Virus record (IMG/VR): IMGVR_UViG_3300042261_000652 | Coordinates: 64,001-120,796 of that record | Strand: one strand, 5' to 3' | DNA from: a virus | DNA length: 56,796 bases | In this document: piece by piece, positions 37,029 through 47,422 of the stretch | Position numbering within the stretch: the first letter of the stretch is position 1 | How the letters are laid out: every line of letters begins with the position of its first letter | Position numbers and translations under genes: made by a program | Notes under the pieces: generated by a model | What the model saw: the letters and a program-made list of their open reading frames with translations, nothing else | Databases searched by the model: none | What the model was told of the DNA's origin: nothing

Positions 37029-40000
37029 TTAAATATTAAATCCCGCCCGTGTCCATCTAATATAACTTCCTGTAAATATTGTAGTCGTTGTTGCGTTATT
37101 CGTGCTCGCAGCAGCGAGAGCTACCGTTGCTTGGGTGTCTGCATTAATAAGAAATATATTAAATAAATCCTCGCCGACTGTATTGGCAGAAGTATGTGTA
37201 GCGGCAGTAAGACGATTTGTGCCGGAAACCAGTAATCTTGACGTAGCGGTTGTTGCAATAGAAGATAATATCCATCCCGAAGTCATTTTAGACGTTCCTA
37301 TGGATGATGATATACACCACTTCATTCCGGCGTTATTAGAATTTGCTGCAATAATCATCCCATCCATTATTACTATTTCGTGGGGTGCTAATGAACACGT
37401 GAAATATGGAATGGCCACTGCACCTTGAAGTGTAGTCGTCCAATTGGATGCGCTAAGATAGGTTGCCTCAATGAAAGCATAACTTGCAGTTGTAGCATAT
37501 GATGCTGAAATAGATGGTGAGATGGGCGCATATGAAGCAGATAGTGTCCATGATGCTGAAATACTTTGAGAAGCAAATGATGCAGACGTAGCAATAAGTG
37601 AGCTAGAGGCATATACGGCTTGGTTGGCATTTAATGAATTCGTCGACCACAAAGATTGCGTTGCAAATATGGATTGAGTTGTGGTCAGTGATGTATTCGG
37701 TACAAAATTAATACTATATGCTATTGCCGATGCCGAAGCAAATGATGCAGATATAGCTGCGGCGGGCGTTCCAATTACGGCGGGTGAGACATAACTCGCC
37801 GTGTCTGCTGTAGTGATTTTAACTGATGCAGATACCCACGATGCACTATATGCTGTTTCGGGAACGAAATTAATCGCAAATGAAATACTAGCCGTGTCCG
37901 CCAATGTAATTTTAGTTGAAGCACTAACCCACGAAGCACTTACGGCAGCAATGGGCACAAATGTGATACTATCCGCTGCCGAGGCAGTAATTGCTTCGAA
38001 AGAACTATTCGCATACGAGGATGTGCCGAAGAATGATCCACTAAGATAAAATCCCGTTTTATCTGCATAATTTGTAGATGCGGTATTATTGAATGTAAAT
38101 CTAAGCGCATTATCTGTGAGAGTTGCCATCCACATATCTCCACCGTCGGTTTCAACATATGAATCGTTGGGTTTTACCCAAGGCCATCGAGAATCATTAT
38201 AATTGGATGATGCAATACCAACATCTATGTAATTGGTATCTTGACTTCCATTATCATTTGTTGCAACTATATCAGTAGAAGCGTTGGGTTCGGATGAAAA
38301 ATTTTGATTGTAAATTTGACTATAATTATTTACAACAGAATATGCCCCGATAGTGTTAACGGATGATGTATTGAGTTGTTTTACTAATAATGCGTCGGGG
38401 TTGCTTGGTTCGGGAAATGATCCCGAATTAATCATTATATATTGATTTTCATAAATTTGAACACTTCCTGTTAATGTTAATTGCTTATAACTATTCCAAT
38501 ATGGAATATGATATGGGGTAGCACCCAAGAACGTGGGATTGGACATCGTTGGCTGATATTGTCTAACCACAGATCCCGTTCCCGTTCCACGCCATTCATC
38601 ATATGATAAATGATAATATTGTCCGCCAATTCCACCTTGGAGTCCTGCAAGTGAGTTGTGAATTTGAACGGTAGATGGTAAAAATTGCGTATTAAATGCC
38701 GAATCTATTTCAGCAAATGTTGTAGATCCCGACTGAACGATGATTCTTCCGCAAAGAAGACCCTGAGTTGTTAAATATGACGGGAGATCACCCGGAGGTT
38801 GAGAATTGGCCCTGGCATCGGCGAGGTCGGGCCATTGTCCTTCTGCCATTATATATGCAAATTCGTCGGCTGTTCCTATTAAACGATAAATGAAAGATGC
38901 GTTATAATACGAGTCGCTAAGCGGTTGCAAGCCATTGCCATCATCCCAATATTTGTTGGTGATAGATCCCGAATTGACGATATCAAATGTATAATTGCTC
39001 CCCGAATGATAAAAGAAATAAAATTCATAGTTACCACTAATACTATCTACTTCGGGAACTGAATAATTGGTCGCTCCGAGCCATACCGATCCAGCAGTTA
39101 AATAAACACCGAGGGAGCCCGTTTCTACAATGACGAGACCATCTTGACGTTGAATTCCATAAAGATTGATATCTTTATTTTGAATTTTATTTGCTAATGC
39201 CAATCCATCGGTATCACTTTGCAAATAGTCCACATCATAATCGCTTATTCCGTCTTGCCTAGCATTAATTGTCGCAACACGGATGATGCTGGTATTGTTT
39301 GATAGATCCGATTGAGTCAAAGTATACTGCGGCAACCCGCCGTTAAAATCAATGCTAAGATAATTGGTTGCGTTAGGTTCTTCTGCCGAAGATGTATACA
39401 ACGTTAAAGTAGATTGAGCAATGGGATAAGATCGCACTCCACCAATTCCCTCGGCATTTGCAAATAGATTTGCGCTACTAGTCGAGACGGTTATAGTACC
39501 ATCGTTATTATTAGTAATTGTAGGAATTAACGTGAGCCCGGAATATACGATAGGAGGTTCGGGAATTGCCCCCGTGTTAACTATGAATGATCCAAGGGGT
39601 CCATATTCGGAACAATAGCCAACGAAGACTTGTTCGTATGGATTGCTCGGAGATATTGTCGTGAGACCGCCGGGCGTAAGATTGTCTAGCCACAATTTAG
39701 CGCCGATATACAGCGGATTTCCATTACAATCCGCATCCATCTTACTTCTATGCATAATTCCCGCTACTATGCAATATCCGTAAGAATATGGTGGAATATC
39801 ACTTCGCACAACTCCGAGAACTTCACTGCGTCGATGAGTTCCATCTGCAATTGCTAAATGGGCGTTTGGCCTATATTGTCCCGCTTCGCTAGATCCGCTG
39901 ATATATACTGCCGAAAGACGAGCCATTGTGACCGGATATGAATTGTAGATTCCAACGACAAGTTCTTTTCCGGGATGGAGTCTAAATCCAGTATCTTGCG

Positions 40001-40736
40001 TATAATAAGCATAACTGTTGTGGCGGTAATCATAAAACATTCGCCCTTCTCTATATGGAGGAACATATTCCGATCCGGAAAAACTATAATCATATGTTTC
40101 AAGATAAGCGGGAGCAATCCCGTCAGATCCCGATACAATCCACATAGAAGCTCCGGGAATTAAATGGCTGGACGAAATGGAATAAGATGCAGATATAGCA
40201 TTTAATGCAATTGAGGCTGTTTCTGCTAGAACACTGAGCGATGAAGTATTGGCGTTAATGGCAGTCGTAGCATTTCCCGCATCTGTAGCATATAATGCAT
40301 TATCCGCATTTGTAGCGTGTGCGGCTTCTAATGCATAATTTGCTCCTAGCGAATTGTCGGAGATCGAGGCCGACTCCGAGTATAAAGCAATACTAGCAGT
40401 ATTCGCTAAAAATACGGAACCATCTACATCATACCCACGAATATAAGATGCGGTATCGGCCAATGAAGCGGTAAGTGCATTTTCGGAGATCAGTGCTACG
40501 GTGGCAAGGGTGGTGGAATCGGCATATGATGCGGAAATTGAGCTAGATGCCCACGAGGCGGTATCAAATGTGGTTAAAATTTGACTTCCTATCGCATCCG
40601 ACCGAAATGAAAATAATACATTACCAGTACCATCCAAGAAGAAGCCGGACGTGCCCACGGGGGCATATCGCTGAACCACATCTTGATATGAAAGACTGAT
40701 GTATTGATTTGTGAGATCTCTCGATGAAAATTGCAT
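37029..40736 (-). CDS. Large tail-fibre/tail-spike-like protein (1235 aa) with ASYA-type Ser/Ala repeats at both ends
   Basis: 'ASWASSSISASYADSTTLATVAL...SASISDNSLGANYALEAAHATNADNALYATDAGNATTAINANTSSLSVLAETASIALNAISASYS' and C-terminal 'ISASFASASAIAYSINFVP...SISASYATTASYAF'; same repeat style as the 54385 and 56040 genes. Confidence 0.6.
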   Translation of the reverse strand: MQFSSRDLTNQYISLSYQDVVQRYAPVGTSGFFLDGTGNVLFSFRSDAIGSQILTTFDTASWASSSISASYADSTTLATVALISENALTASLADTASYIRGYDVDGSVFLANTASIALYSESASISDNSLGANYALEAAHATNADNALYATDAGNATTAINANTSSLSVLAETASIALNAISASYSISSSHLIPGASMWIVSGSDGIAPAYLETYDYSFSGSEYVPPYREGRMFYDYRHNSYAYYTQDTGFRLHPGKELVVGIYNSYPVTMARLSAVYISGSSEAGQYRPNAHLAIADGTHRRSEVLGVVRSDIPPYSYGYCIVAGIMHRSKMDADCNGNPLYIGAKLWLDNLTPGGLTTISPSNPYEQVFVGYCSEYGPLGSFIVNTGAIPEPPIVYSGLTLIPTITNNNDGTITVSTSSANLFANAEGIGGVRSYPIAQSTLTLYTSSAEEPNATNYLSIDFNGGLPQYTLTQSDLSNNTSIIRVATINARQDGISDYDVDYLQSDTDGLALANKIQNKDINLYGIQRQDGLVIVETGSLGVYLTAGSVWLGATNYSVPEVDSISGNYEFYFFYHSGSNYTFDIVNSGSITNKYWDDGNGLQPLSDSYYNASFIYRLIGTADEFAYIMAEGQWPDLADARANSQPPGDLPSYLTTQGLLCGRIIVQSGSTTFAEIDSAFNTQFLPSTVQIHNSLAGLQGGIGGQYYHLSYDEWRGTGTGSVVRQYQPTMSNPTFLGATPYHIPYWNSYKQLTLTGSVQIYENQYIMINSGSFPEPSNPDALLVKQLNTSSVNTIGAYSVVNNYSQIYNQNFSSEPNASTDIVATNDNGSQDTNYIDVGIASSNYNDSRWPWVKPNDSYVETDGGDMWMATLTDNALRFTFNNTASTNYADKTGFYLSGSFFGTSSYANSSFEAITASAADSITFVPIAAVSASWVSASTKITLADTASISFAINFVPETAYSASWVSASVKITTADTASYVSPAVIGTPAAAISASFASASAIAYSINFVPNTSLTTTQSIFATQSLWSTNSLNANQAVYASSSLIATSASFASQSISASWTLSASYAPISPSISASYATTASYAFIEATYLSASNWTTTLQGAVAIPYFTCSLAPHEIVIMDGMIIAANSNNAGMKWCISSSIGTSKMTSGWILSSIATTATSRLLVSGTNRLTAATHTSANTVGEDLFNIFLINADTQATVALAAASTNNATTTTIFTGSYIRWTRAGFNI

Positions 40737-40801
40737 ATGTATGTAACGTTATTATATTGTATCAATCGACTCCGACAATGTTGTGTTGTTATATGCCATA
40801 A

Positions 40802-41365
40802 TTATTTCAGGAAATGTCTCAAAGCGTGTAAAATACTATTTCGTTGCATAGAATATTCTTTATTTATTTGAAAATACTCGTTTACAAGTTGACGGAAATC
40901 GTGTTTTCTCGATGATAACGACGACCTCGTAATTTTGAATCTCTCACAGAGCTTGGAAATCTCATACAATGGAACAAGTGTATTATTTTTACCAAGCCTG
41001 GAAGAATTTGCTTTTGATGGGATTTTAACTTCCACCATTGGCTTGGATGGTTGTTTTTGCTCATTAACCACCACATTGATGGCAGTATGCTGTTCTACGA
41101 TAAAATCCGATTCCCACGGTTTGAAGTACGTATCCTCTACAATAATCTCCAACCCAATCTTTCCGTGCGAGGTTTCATCCAACAAGCCCTTCAGTCGTCG
41201 GATGGGAATATTACACTTTCCGTTATTTATTTTTCCATTAAAAACAAGATTTATACCCTCTGCCGACTCAACCACAAGACGTGCAACGGAATTTTTCAGC
41301 GATGCGTTTTTAACAGCAACATCGCATTCAAAATTTTCCGATTTGTCAAGATAAAGTTTATACAT
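40802..41365 (-). CDS. Hypothetical protein (187 aa)
   Basis: ORF co-directional with its neighbours. Confidence 0.45.
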   Translation of the reverse strand: MYKLYLDKSENFECDVAVKNASLKNSVARLVVESAEGINLVFNGKINNGKCNIPIRRLKGLLDETSHGKIGLEIIVEDTYFKPWESDFIVEQHTAINVVVNEQKQPSKPMVEVKIPSKANSSRLGKNNTLVPLYEISKLCERFKITRSSLSSRKHDFRQLVNEYFQINKEYSMQRNSILHALRHFLK

Positions 41366-41397
41366 ATTATTTCCATTATCGATTTCTACACATCTTA

Positions 41398-41913
41398 TTA
41401 TTCATTTAGAAATTCTAATTTTATTCCTGATACTTTTTCTACAACCATATGGATATCTCCAATGGTTACGGGAAAGTCCTTCACTTCTTTCGTCTCATCG
41501 TAAGTTTGGTCTTTCACTTTACAAATTAATTTTATCAGTCGTTTTTGTTTATCCAGAGAACTTGTTCTATATGGATTCCACGGCTCTTCTATCCACGGTG
41601 GTATTAGCATCGTGGCGTCTACGCCCGGATATATTGGAACTATTTGAACTGGCGGAATTGAACTTGTACATTCATTCCACTTCCAATCCGCCTTATTCCA
41701 CCATACGCCCGTAGTTCCCCATACCGCACAGCCAGTAGATGGCGGAACTGAGCTGGAGCACTCATTCCACTTCCAATCGGCGGTCCCCCACGGAAACTTG
41801 GTGGTACTCCACACCGAGCAAATTTCCCGGACCAATTCACACTCAGACCACGTCCAGTTGGACGCTTTCCACGTGACATTCTCACTACTCCATAAACTGC
41901 AAATGCGTGTCAT
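41398..41913 (-). CDS. Trp/Cys-rich repeat protein; start uncertain (track ORF extends to 42033 but overlaps the upstream gene)
   Basis: Three repeats of 'W..(T/K)ADWKWNEC.SS(V/I)PP' ('VTWKASNWTWSEC', 'GTADWKWNECSSSVPP', 'NKADWKWNECTSSIPP'). Confidence 0.4.
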   Translation of the reverse strand: MTRICSLWSSENVTWKASNWTWSECELVREICSVWSTTKFPWGTADWKWNECSSSVPPSTGCAVWGTTGVWWNKADWKWNECTSSIPPVQIVPIYPGVDATMLIPPWIEEPWNPYRTSSLDKQKRLIKLICKVKDQTYDETKEVKDFPVTIGDIHMVVEKVSGIKLEFLNE

Positions 41914-41962
41914 TCTATAAATATCATTATTCTCATCAATACGTATTATTTTTACAATATCA

Positions 41963-42709
41963 TTATATTTGTTTTGCGTATTGTATAGGGATAACTTCAT
42001 TGACGACAATTGTAGTTGGAGAAATACCCCCATCGGATTCTATATCATCTCGATCATTTGTAATCTCCAAAACGTGTCTGAGATACTCTCTAACAAGATA
42101 TTCTTCCACTTGAGGCTCCCACGCAAGATTTAATTCGGATTTTCCGCTGTCCTGTAAAAATCGCTGAAGATCTAATTCTAAACAAATATTTCCATATACC
42201 CCCGATGCATATTCTTCGGGGTTTATACTTGTAAAAATCCCAAATACATCCGTATTATTAATTCCGCTACCCCTGCTGCCAATAACTTTACCCGTTTGAT
42301 TGATTTTTTCAAAATTCTCTTCGGTCGTCCAATGGTAAACTTTTCCCGGGTTGGTCTTCACGTCTTTAAGGTTTGAGTCTACCCATCCATTATAAATAAG
42401 ATCTGGATCTATATATTGACAATACTCATATGAATTTAAGTCGTACAACCATTGTGAAATGTCCTTTATAAAGTCAAACGTTTCGTTGGAATCATCATAT
42501 AATAAGTATGCTTCACGCTTGTCGTCTGATAATTTAATCATTACGCCATTCATCAATCTCTCTTCACTGAGATTAAATCTATGAATTAATTTGGAAATTT
42601 CGGATTTTTCTATAGCATAACAAATATCTCGAAGATATTCATACCAATTATCATACAAATCGGAATTATCAGAATCTTCCGATTCCATCAAACGTTTCAA
42701 TTTAATCAT
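41963..42709 (-). CDS. MIKLK-leader protein (248 aa)
   Basis: 'MIKLKRLMESE'. Confidence 0.6.
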   Translation of the reverse strand: MIKLKRLMESEDSDNSDLYDNWYEYLRDICYAIEKSEISKLIHRFNLSEERLMNGVMIKLSDDKREAYLLYDDSNETFDFIKDISQWLYDLNSYEYCQYIDPDLIYNGWVDSNLKDVKTNPGKVYHWTTEENFEKINQTGKVIGSRGSGINNTDVFGIFTSINPEEYASGVYGNICLELDLQRFLQDSGKSELNLAWEPQVEEYLVREYLRHVLEITNDRDDIESDGGISPTTIVVNEVIPIQYAKQI

Positions 42710-43398
42710 AATCGAGATTCCAGTTCTTTGAGTGCCTCGGCTTTATCACTAATATCATACTCATTGCCATCTATCCATATACTATCAACCGAATCATTTA
42801 ATTTTTTTAATCCATTTCCCGCAAATGCAATTTCACTCTCATCCCGATGACCCATCGTCGTTCCTCTATTCAGGCTATTATAAACATAATCATACATAAA
42901 TCCATCCACTCCGAGGGAACTAAGATAATTATATGGGAGATATGGCGTTCGCATCCAATTGTCGGCGGGAATATTAAATTCTTCGCAGAATTTTTCAAAG
43001 TTTTCCTCGTCGTCTATTTCTGCGGATATTCCCGACCCTGGAAGTTGAGTTACAAGGTAGGTCAAAATATCATCTAATACAACAATCTTGGCATTTTGAA
43101 CTTTAAATTGAAGGCCCGTCGTCCCATCTCTTTCGGAAAACATCGAAAGCATTTCTGAATTTATAGAAGTGCTGAGCGTATCGTGTTCGGCAACTTCACC
43201 GTGCTCGGTGCCGTAGATTCCATTAACTAACATATCCCTCAATCCTACCATCGGAGTACCGTGGTATAACCAATCGGAAATTGTCACAGTCTGATTTTCT
43301 AAAATCCACGTGCCCAATTCAGGTGAGGGCATAGATTTTCCATGAGATTCTAATAAAGATTTAAGTTTTATTGTTTTTCGTGATGTTTTAGTCTTCAT
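42706..43398 (-). CDS. MIKLK-leader protein with YHGT motif (ADP-ribosyltransferase H-Y-E / Tpt1-like fold candidate)
   Basis: Start re-set to the ATG at 43398 ('MKTKTSRKTIKLKSLLESH'), which abuts the upstream stop; 'DWLYHGTPMVGLRDMLVNGIYG'. Confidence 0.55.
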   Translation of the reverse strand: MKTKTSRKTIKLKSLLESHGKSMPSPELGTWILENQTVTISDWLYHGTPMVGLRDMLVNGIYGTEHGEVAEHDTLSTSINSEMLSMFSERDGTTGLQFKVQNAKIVVLDDILTYLVTQLPGSGISAEIDDEENFEKFCEEFNIPADNWMRTPYLPYNYLSSLGVDGFMYDYVYNSLNRGTTMGHRDESEIAFAGNGLKKLNDSVDSIWIDGNEYDISDKAEALKELESRL

Positions 43399-43399
43399 T

Positions 43400-44386
43400 T
43401 CAAAATTCCTCCCACTTAAAAACTCCAAATATAGAGCTATCTCCTTTTGCAATCTGCTTAATAATATCAGGAGCATACGTACCTATTTCTTCATTTGCCA
43501 TATTGTACAATCCACTCTCCTCTTCTTCGGGATCGGGAGATTCTTTAAATGGTCGTATTAAAATATGAATAAAATCGGGACTGGTTTGATCTTCGTTAAA
43601 ATCGATTATTGCATATACGTGTCCATTGTAACTATAATAGTCCCACTGCTCGCCCGCTTTTCCATATTCATTGCCGTAAGTAAAACACCATAGAGAATTG
43701 CACCCAATAAGCTTAATTCCCGACTGTCCCGTTACATCTACCACGACAACGTTATTTTTATCATATACTATTCGTAGATCATAATCATTCTGCTTTACCA
43801 GATCGTACAGCTCTTCTTTTGTATAAGCACTCCCTCCGCTCAAAAGGTTTACTTTATCGTCTACAAAATGTAGCACCTCCTTAAAAGTAGGATGATCGCT
43901 ACTGAATATTTTATTATAGATGGAGATGCGCTGCTTTTCGGTTCTGTTTGTTAAATATCGCAAATGGACATCTATATGCTCTACTGTACCATTTAGAATA
44001 TAAAATTCATACTCGTTGCGTGGAGATCCGATATCTTTTCGCAAATTTCGCTTCGCAATTTTGGGCCATTCAGATATTGTTGTAATAATATTCGCCCTAA
44101 GTTTCATAAGTCTGGGCGTTATCATGGGACGGGTAGAATCGAAATCAAAATTTTTAATAGGAAATATATTTTTATGATAATTTCTCAACTGATCTGCCGA
44201 ATTTTGCCAGTCTTTATTACTCCATCCACGTGAGTCTTGCAATAATAAATCCGCCAACGATTTGAATGTATAATCTCGATTTGAAAGTTTGGTTAAAAAA
44301 TCAATATCGGTAGGAGTTAAAGCATCTCCATACAACTTTATCGCAAGTTGATAATTTTCTAAGATTAAATCTTGCATCTTAATCAT
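43400..44386 (-). CDS. MIKLK-leader-variant protein (328 aa)
   Basis: 'MIKMQDLILENY'. Confidence 0.55.
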   Translation of the reverse strand: MIKMQDLILENYQLAIKLYGDALTPTDIDFLTKLSNRDYTFKSLADLLLQDSRGWSNKDWQNSADQLRNYHKNIFPIKNFDFDSTRPMITPRLMKLRANIITTISEWPKIAKRNLRKDIGSPRNEYEFYILNGTVEHIDVHLRYLTNRTEKQRISIYNKIFSSDHPTFKEVLHFVDDKVNLLSGGSAYTKEELYDLVKQNDYDLRIVYDKNNVVVVDVTGQSGIKLIGCNSLWCFTYGNEYGKAGEQWDYYSYNGHVYAIIDFNEDQTSPDFIHILIRPFKESPDPEEEESGLYNMANEEIGTYAPDIIKQIAKGDSSIFGVFKWEEF

Positions 44387-44395
44387 ATATCAATG

Positions 44396-45106
44396 TTATG
44401 CCCATCTAAATTTATCTATCTTTGTAACTCCAACAGTCTTCCAATCTATTTCACTTTCTTGAGATACATCATTTATATTTATAATTCCCGTAAACATCGA
44501 TCTATCGGTATTATCCCAATGTCTACTGGAGTGTCCCCTATCGGGAGATACATATAAATTTGGCGGAAGATATCCATTAGCTTCTATCTTACGACACAAA
44601 TCTGTATTATGTAATCCATATATTCTGACCGACTTTCCACGTGGATTTGCTAATTTATTTGCTAGTTGAATAGTTTCCGTGGATGCTTCATCGTTTCCTT
44701 CGTGAATTTCCAATACATTTCCTTGATAATTAATCATTATTCCGATTTCGGCCCAATCTCCATCTGTATTTTTTGTTGCGGCTATATAAATTGGAAATGG
44801 GAAGAATTCTTCCATTTTAAATTTAAATTCCTGTTGTTCTAATAAATAGTTCTTGATTAATTTTAAATTAATGTGGGGAATATCCAAATTACCGGTGATC
44901 TGTATAACATAAGACATTACTTTATTTAAAAGATTAATATACTCTATGGCTAATTCTTTGTTTTTCTCATCTCCGTGATAAAACTGCTCTACTGTTTTTA
45001 AAAGACTAACACAATCCCGAGAACACCACTTACTATGGGCGAGCATACTTATATCATCAATTGTAATGGGGTAAGTTCCATTTATGATTTCTAAGAGTTT
45101 TATCAT
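44396..45106 (-). CDS. MIKLK-leader-variant protein (236 aa)
   Basis: 'MIKLLEIINGTY'. Confidence 0.5.
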   Translation of the reverse strand: MIKLLEIINGTYPITIDDISMLAHSKWCSRDCVSLLKTVEQFYHGDEKNKELAIEYINLLNKVMSYVIQITGNLDIPHINLKLIKNYLLEQQEFKFKMEEFFPFPIYIAATKNTDGDWAEIGIMINYQGNVLEIHEGNDEASTETIQLANKLANPRGKSVRIYGLHNTDLCRKIEANGYLPPNLYVSPDRGHSSRHWDNTDRSMFTGIININDVSQESEIDWKTVGVTKIDKFRWA

Positions 45107-45112
45107 ATGGTT

Positions 45113-46120
45113 TTAATTATGAACCGATCTTGCCGTATATACATTTACATATTGTACCGCATATCCATGTCGTTCCAAGAAATCTTTCACCATCAATTGG
45201 TCCGTACTGCTAGGCTCTTCCCAGAAATTTAAAAATTGCATATCGGGGACATATCTCCATTTATTACAAGCGGACCATTCAAATGGATGGCGGGCAGTAT
45301 CGCTCATTGCCGATTTAGCTTTTATTTCACCATCCGGTAGAATTGCTCCTAGAATTACCGCAGGAGTTGCATTAGATTCAGCGACTATTTCGTCTTCTTT
45401 TACAATATCACCCAAGTAATGGGTTATTCTTACAATTAATCCAAGTCCTTCCAAATAATCCTTCGTTTTTTGATGAATATGCTCGGGCGGTTTTCCCCAC
45501 CAGTCCAACATCTGGAGTTGTGGATAATATCTCCATCTGAAATCCGCCCTCTCCCTATCATATTCCGAGTGACGTGCATAATCATTTTTAGAATATGTAG
45601 ACTTAATTTCATCTCCGTAAACTGTTCCTAGAATACATCCGTCGGTATATTGAGTATTTTTATTTTCCGCCAAACCACGTTTCAGTCTTTCTTGTATACG
45701 AGATCCCAAATCTTTAATATCAGCATAATCGTAATATTTATCTCCAACTGTTTTCAATTTATCCCAAATGCGGGATGCTCTATCTATTCTGTGGTCTTTT
45801 CCCGATACTAATCCCCGAAATCTATGCTGTTTACAATATTTCAACGCTTCTTTATACAATAAAAATCCAAATCCTTCATTTTTAATATTAACTTCTATAA
45901 AATCTACGAATAAATATCCGGGGCGAGGTTGTATATCTCCAAGATCGGGAGTTTCCGATGATAAATTAATATATCCCAAATCATATCCATCGGCGTGCAA
46001 CATAGTGATTATAATCAGTCCGCCCGATTCGGAATATGTAAATCTAAGCTTTCCTTCTCGTTCCAATTTGAACGCTTGCTTCTCTTCGGATAATAATTTT
46101 TTTAATTTAATAATTGGCAT
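45113..46120 (-). CDS. MIKLK-leader protein (335 aa) with possible GNAT-like segment and an internal duplicated ~40-aa module
   Basis: 'MPIIKLKKLLSEE'; 'IEVNIKNEGFGFLLYKEAL'; duplicated 'RWRYYPQLQMLDWWGKPP...KDYLEGLG' and 'KWRYVPDMQFLNFWEEPS...KDFLERHG'. Confidence 0.55.
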   Translation of the reverse strand: MPIIKLKKLLSEEKQAFKLEREGKLRFTYSESGGLIIITMLHADGYDLGYINLSSETPDLGDIQPRPGYLFVDFIEVNIKNEGFGFLLYKEALKYCKQHRFRGLVSGKDHRIDRASRIWDKLKTVGDKYYDYADIKDLGSRIQERLKRGLAENKNTQYTDGCILGTVYGDEIKSTYSKNDYARHSEYDRERADFRWRYYPQLQMLDWWGKPPEHIHQKTKDYLEGLGLIVRITHYLGDIVKEDEIVAESNATPAVILGAILPDGEIKAKSAMSDTARHPFEWSACNKWRYVPDMQFLNFWEEPSSTDQLMVKDFLERHGYAVQYVNVYTARSVHN

Positions 46121-46129
46121 AGAATATAA

Positions 46130-47422
46130 TTATCTTCCGACAAATGCTATGATATATTTATCTCCGTTTACTTCTGCTTGCCGCACTCTGTGATTTCCCG
46201 AATATAGCATATATTTATCAGCGGCGGCATCATAAGCAACCTCTATCGGTTGTTTAATCGAAGTTCCTTTTACATAACTATCGGGTTCGGGCACAGGTTC
46301 TCTTCCATCTATTTTAGAAACTGGAATTTTTGCAAGTCTGGCTCGAGATAAATATCCATCAGCGCCCAACTGTATCATTTCAGATTTGGAATAGAATTTC
46401 GGCTTTCCTACATTCGGATCTGGATTATTGACATATCCCCATTCACAAATGGAGTTTCCATCATTCCACACATGAGCGCCATTTCCGGGTTCGGGCGCAC
46501 TATGTTCGCCCGCATAATGTTCTTCATTAATGGACGGTTCGTCTATCCATCCATATTTTTCAATATATTCAACTTGAATCCATTCGGGTGGGATCGCTCC
46601 AAGATATGCGACTTGAGAGAAATTTTTTAACGAATCTATCCAAGTAACGCCAAGTTGCATCAGTTGTCTCATCAAGTAATCATCGTCGGGCAATAAGCGT
46701 TTATATGCTGATGAAGGAATTGTAACTTTTAATACTACCATTTTAGTGCCTCGCTTATTATTTCTCCTGGCAACTGCAACTGCCTTTTTGGCATAGTAAT
46801 TTGCTTGGGATTTGCTGTAGGTCAAATAAACCGCATTCTCTCTATATTCCGGATGATGTTTTAATACATCCGATTTCCAAGGACGTTGTTCTATGGGCAT
46901 TGATCTGAGTCCATATTGTTTAATATCCTCAAGTCTGTCGCTACTCGTTCCGTGGTAAAATACAAGTTTTCGGGGAAGTTTACTAAAATCTCGTTCTATA
47001 ATATCTTTTGCTTTTCCAAGAAAAGTTCCCTTTAAAGAAGCCCAATTTCCGGAATATACTTTTGCCGATGGTAGAATAACACCCGCATCCACCATTATTT
47101 TCGTCCATTCTTTGGTAGTATCTGTAAAAATATTTCTGCCACCTTCCCATTTAGTGTTGCCGCCAACCCTATTTGGCAATACAAGGTTGCCAGCAGCAGT
47201 AAGAACCATCATAGAATTGTCGAAACCTGAAATTGGAGCAACATCTTCCCAGTCCCGTGTATTTCCACGCCCCCATCGAAATTTATAAATTTTTCCGCCG
47301 TGAATAGAAAGCATCGTGTTGGATTGAACCTTCTTATCATAATCATCCGCAGGAACCCACGATGGGTCTCTGAGATCCACCACTTCGTAGTTTTCCGATA
47401 ATAAGTCTTTTAATTTAATCAT
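46130..47422 (-). CDS. MIKLK-leader protein (430 aa) with Tpt1/KptA-like (H-Y-E ADP-ribosyltransferase fold) motifs and a possible C-terminal ParB/Srx-like segment
   Basis: 'MIKLKDLLSE'; 'KLVFYHGTSSDRLEDIKQYGLRSMP...ENAVYLTYS' aligns with KptA 'LYHGT...L..I...GL.PM.R.HVHLS'; C-terminus 'YMLYSGNHRVRQAEVNG'. Confidence 0.55.
   Translation of the reverse strand: MIKLKDLLSENYEVVDLRDPSWVPADDYDKKVQSNTMLSIHGGKIYKFRWGRGNTRDWEDVAPISGFDNSMMVLTAAGNLVLPNRVGGNTKWEGGRNIFTDTTKEWTKIMVDAGVILPSAKVYSGNWASLKGTFLGKAKDIIERDFSKLPRKLVFYHGTSSDRLEDIKQYGLRSMPIEQRPWKSDVLKHHPEYRENAVYLTYSKSQANYYAKKAVAVARRNNKRGTKMVVLKVTIPSSAYKRLLPDDDYLMRQLMQLGVTWIDSLKNFSQVAYLGAIPPEWIQVEYIEKYGWIDEPSINEEHYAGEHSAPEPGNGAHVWNDGNSICEWGYVNNPDPNVGKPKFYSKSEMIQLGADGYLSRARLAKIPVSKIDGREPVPEPDSYVKGTSIKQPIEVAYDAAADKYMLYSGNHRVRQAEVNGDKYIIAFVGR

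Noticed and set aside
37102-38158. Plus-strand ORFs (37102..37428, 37801..38049) and minus ORFs (37388..37630, 37940..38158) within the big fibre gene
   Set aside because: The Ser/Ala repeat DNA of the 1235-aa fibre gene is open in several frames. The long minus-strand ORF, with a coherent fibre-like translation, is the real gene.
41051-41503. 150-aa plus-strand ORF overlapping 40802..41365(-) and 41398(-)
   Set aside because: It runs against the orientation of the surrounding operon. Its translation is hydrophobic and Ile/Phe-rich, typical of AT-rich antisense. The minus-strand ORFs are preferred.
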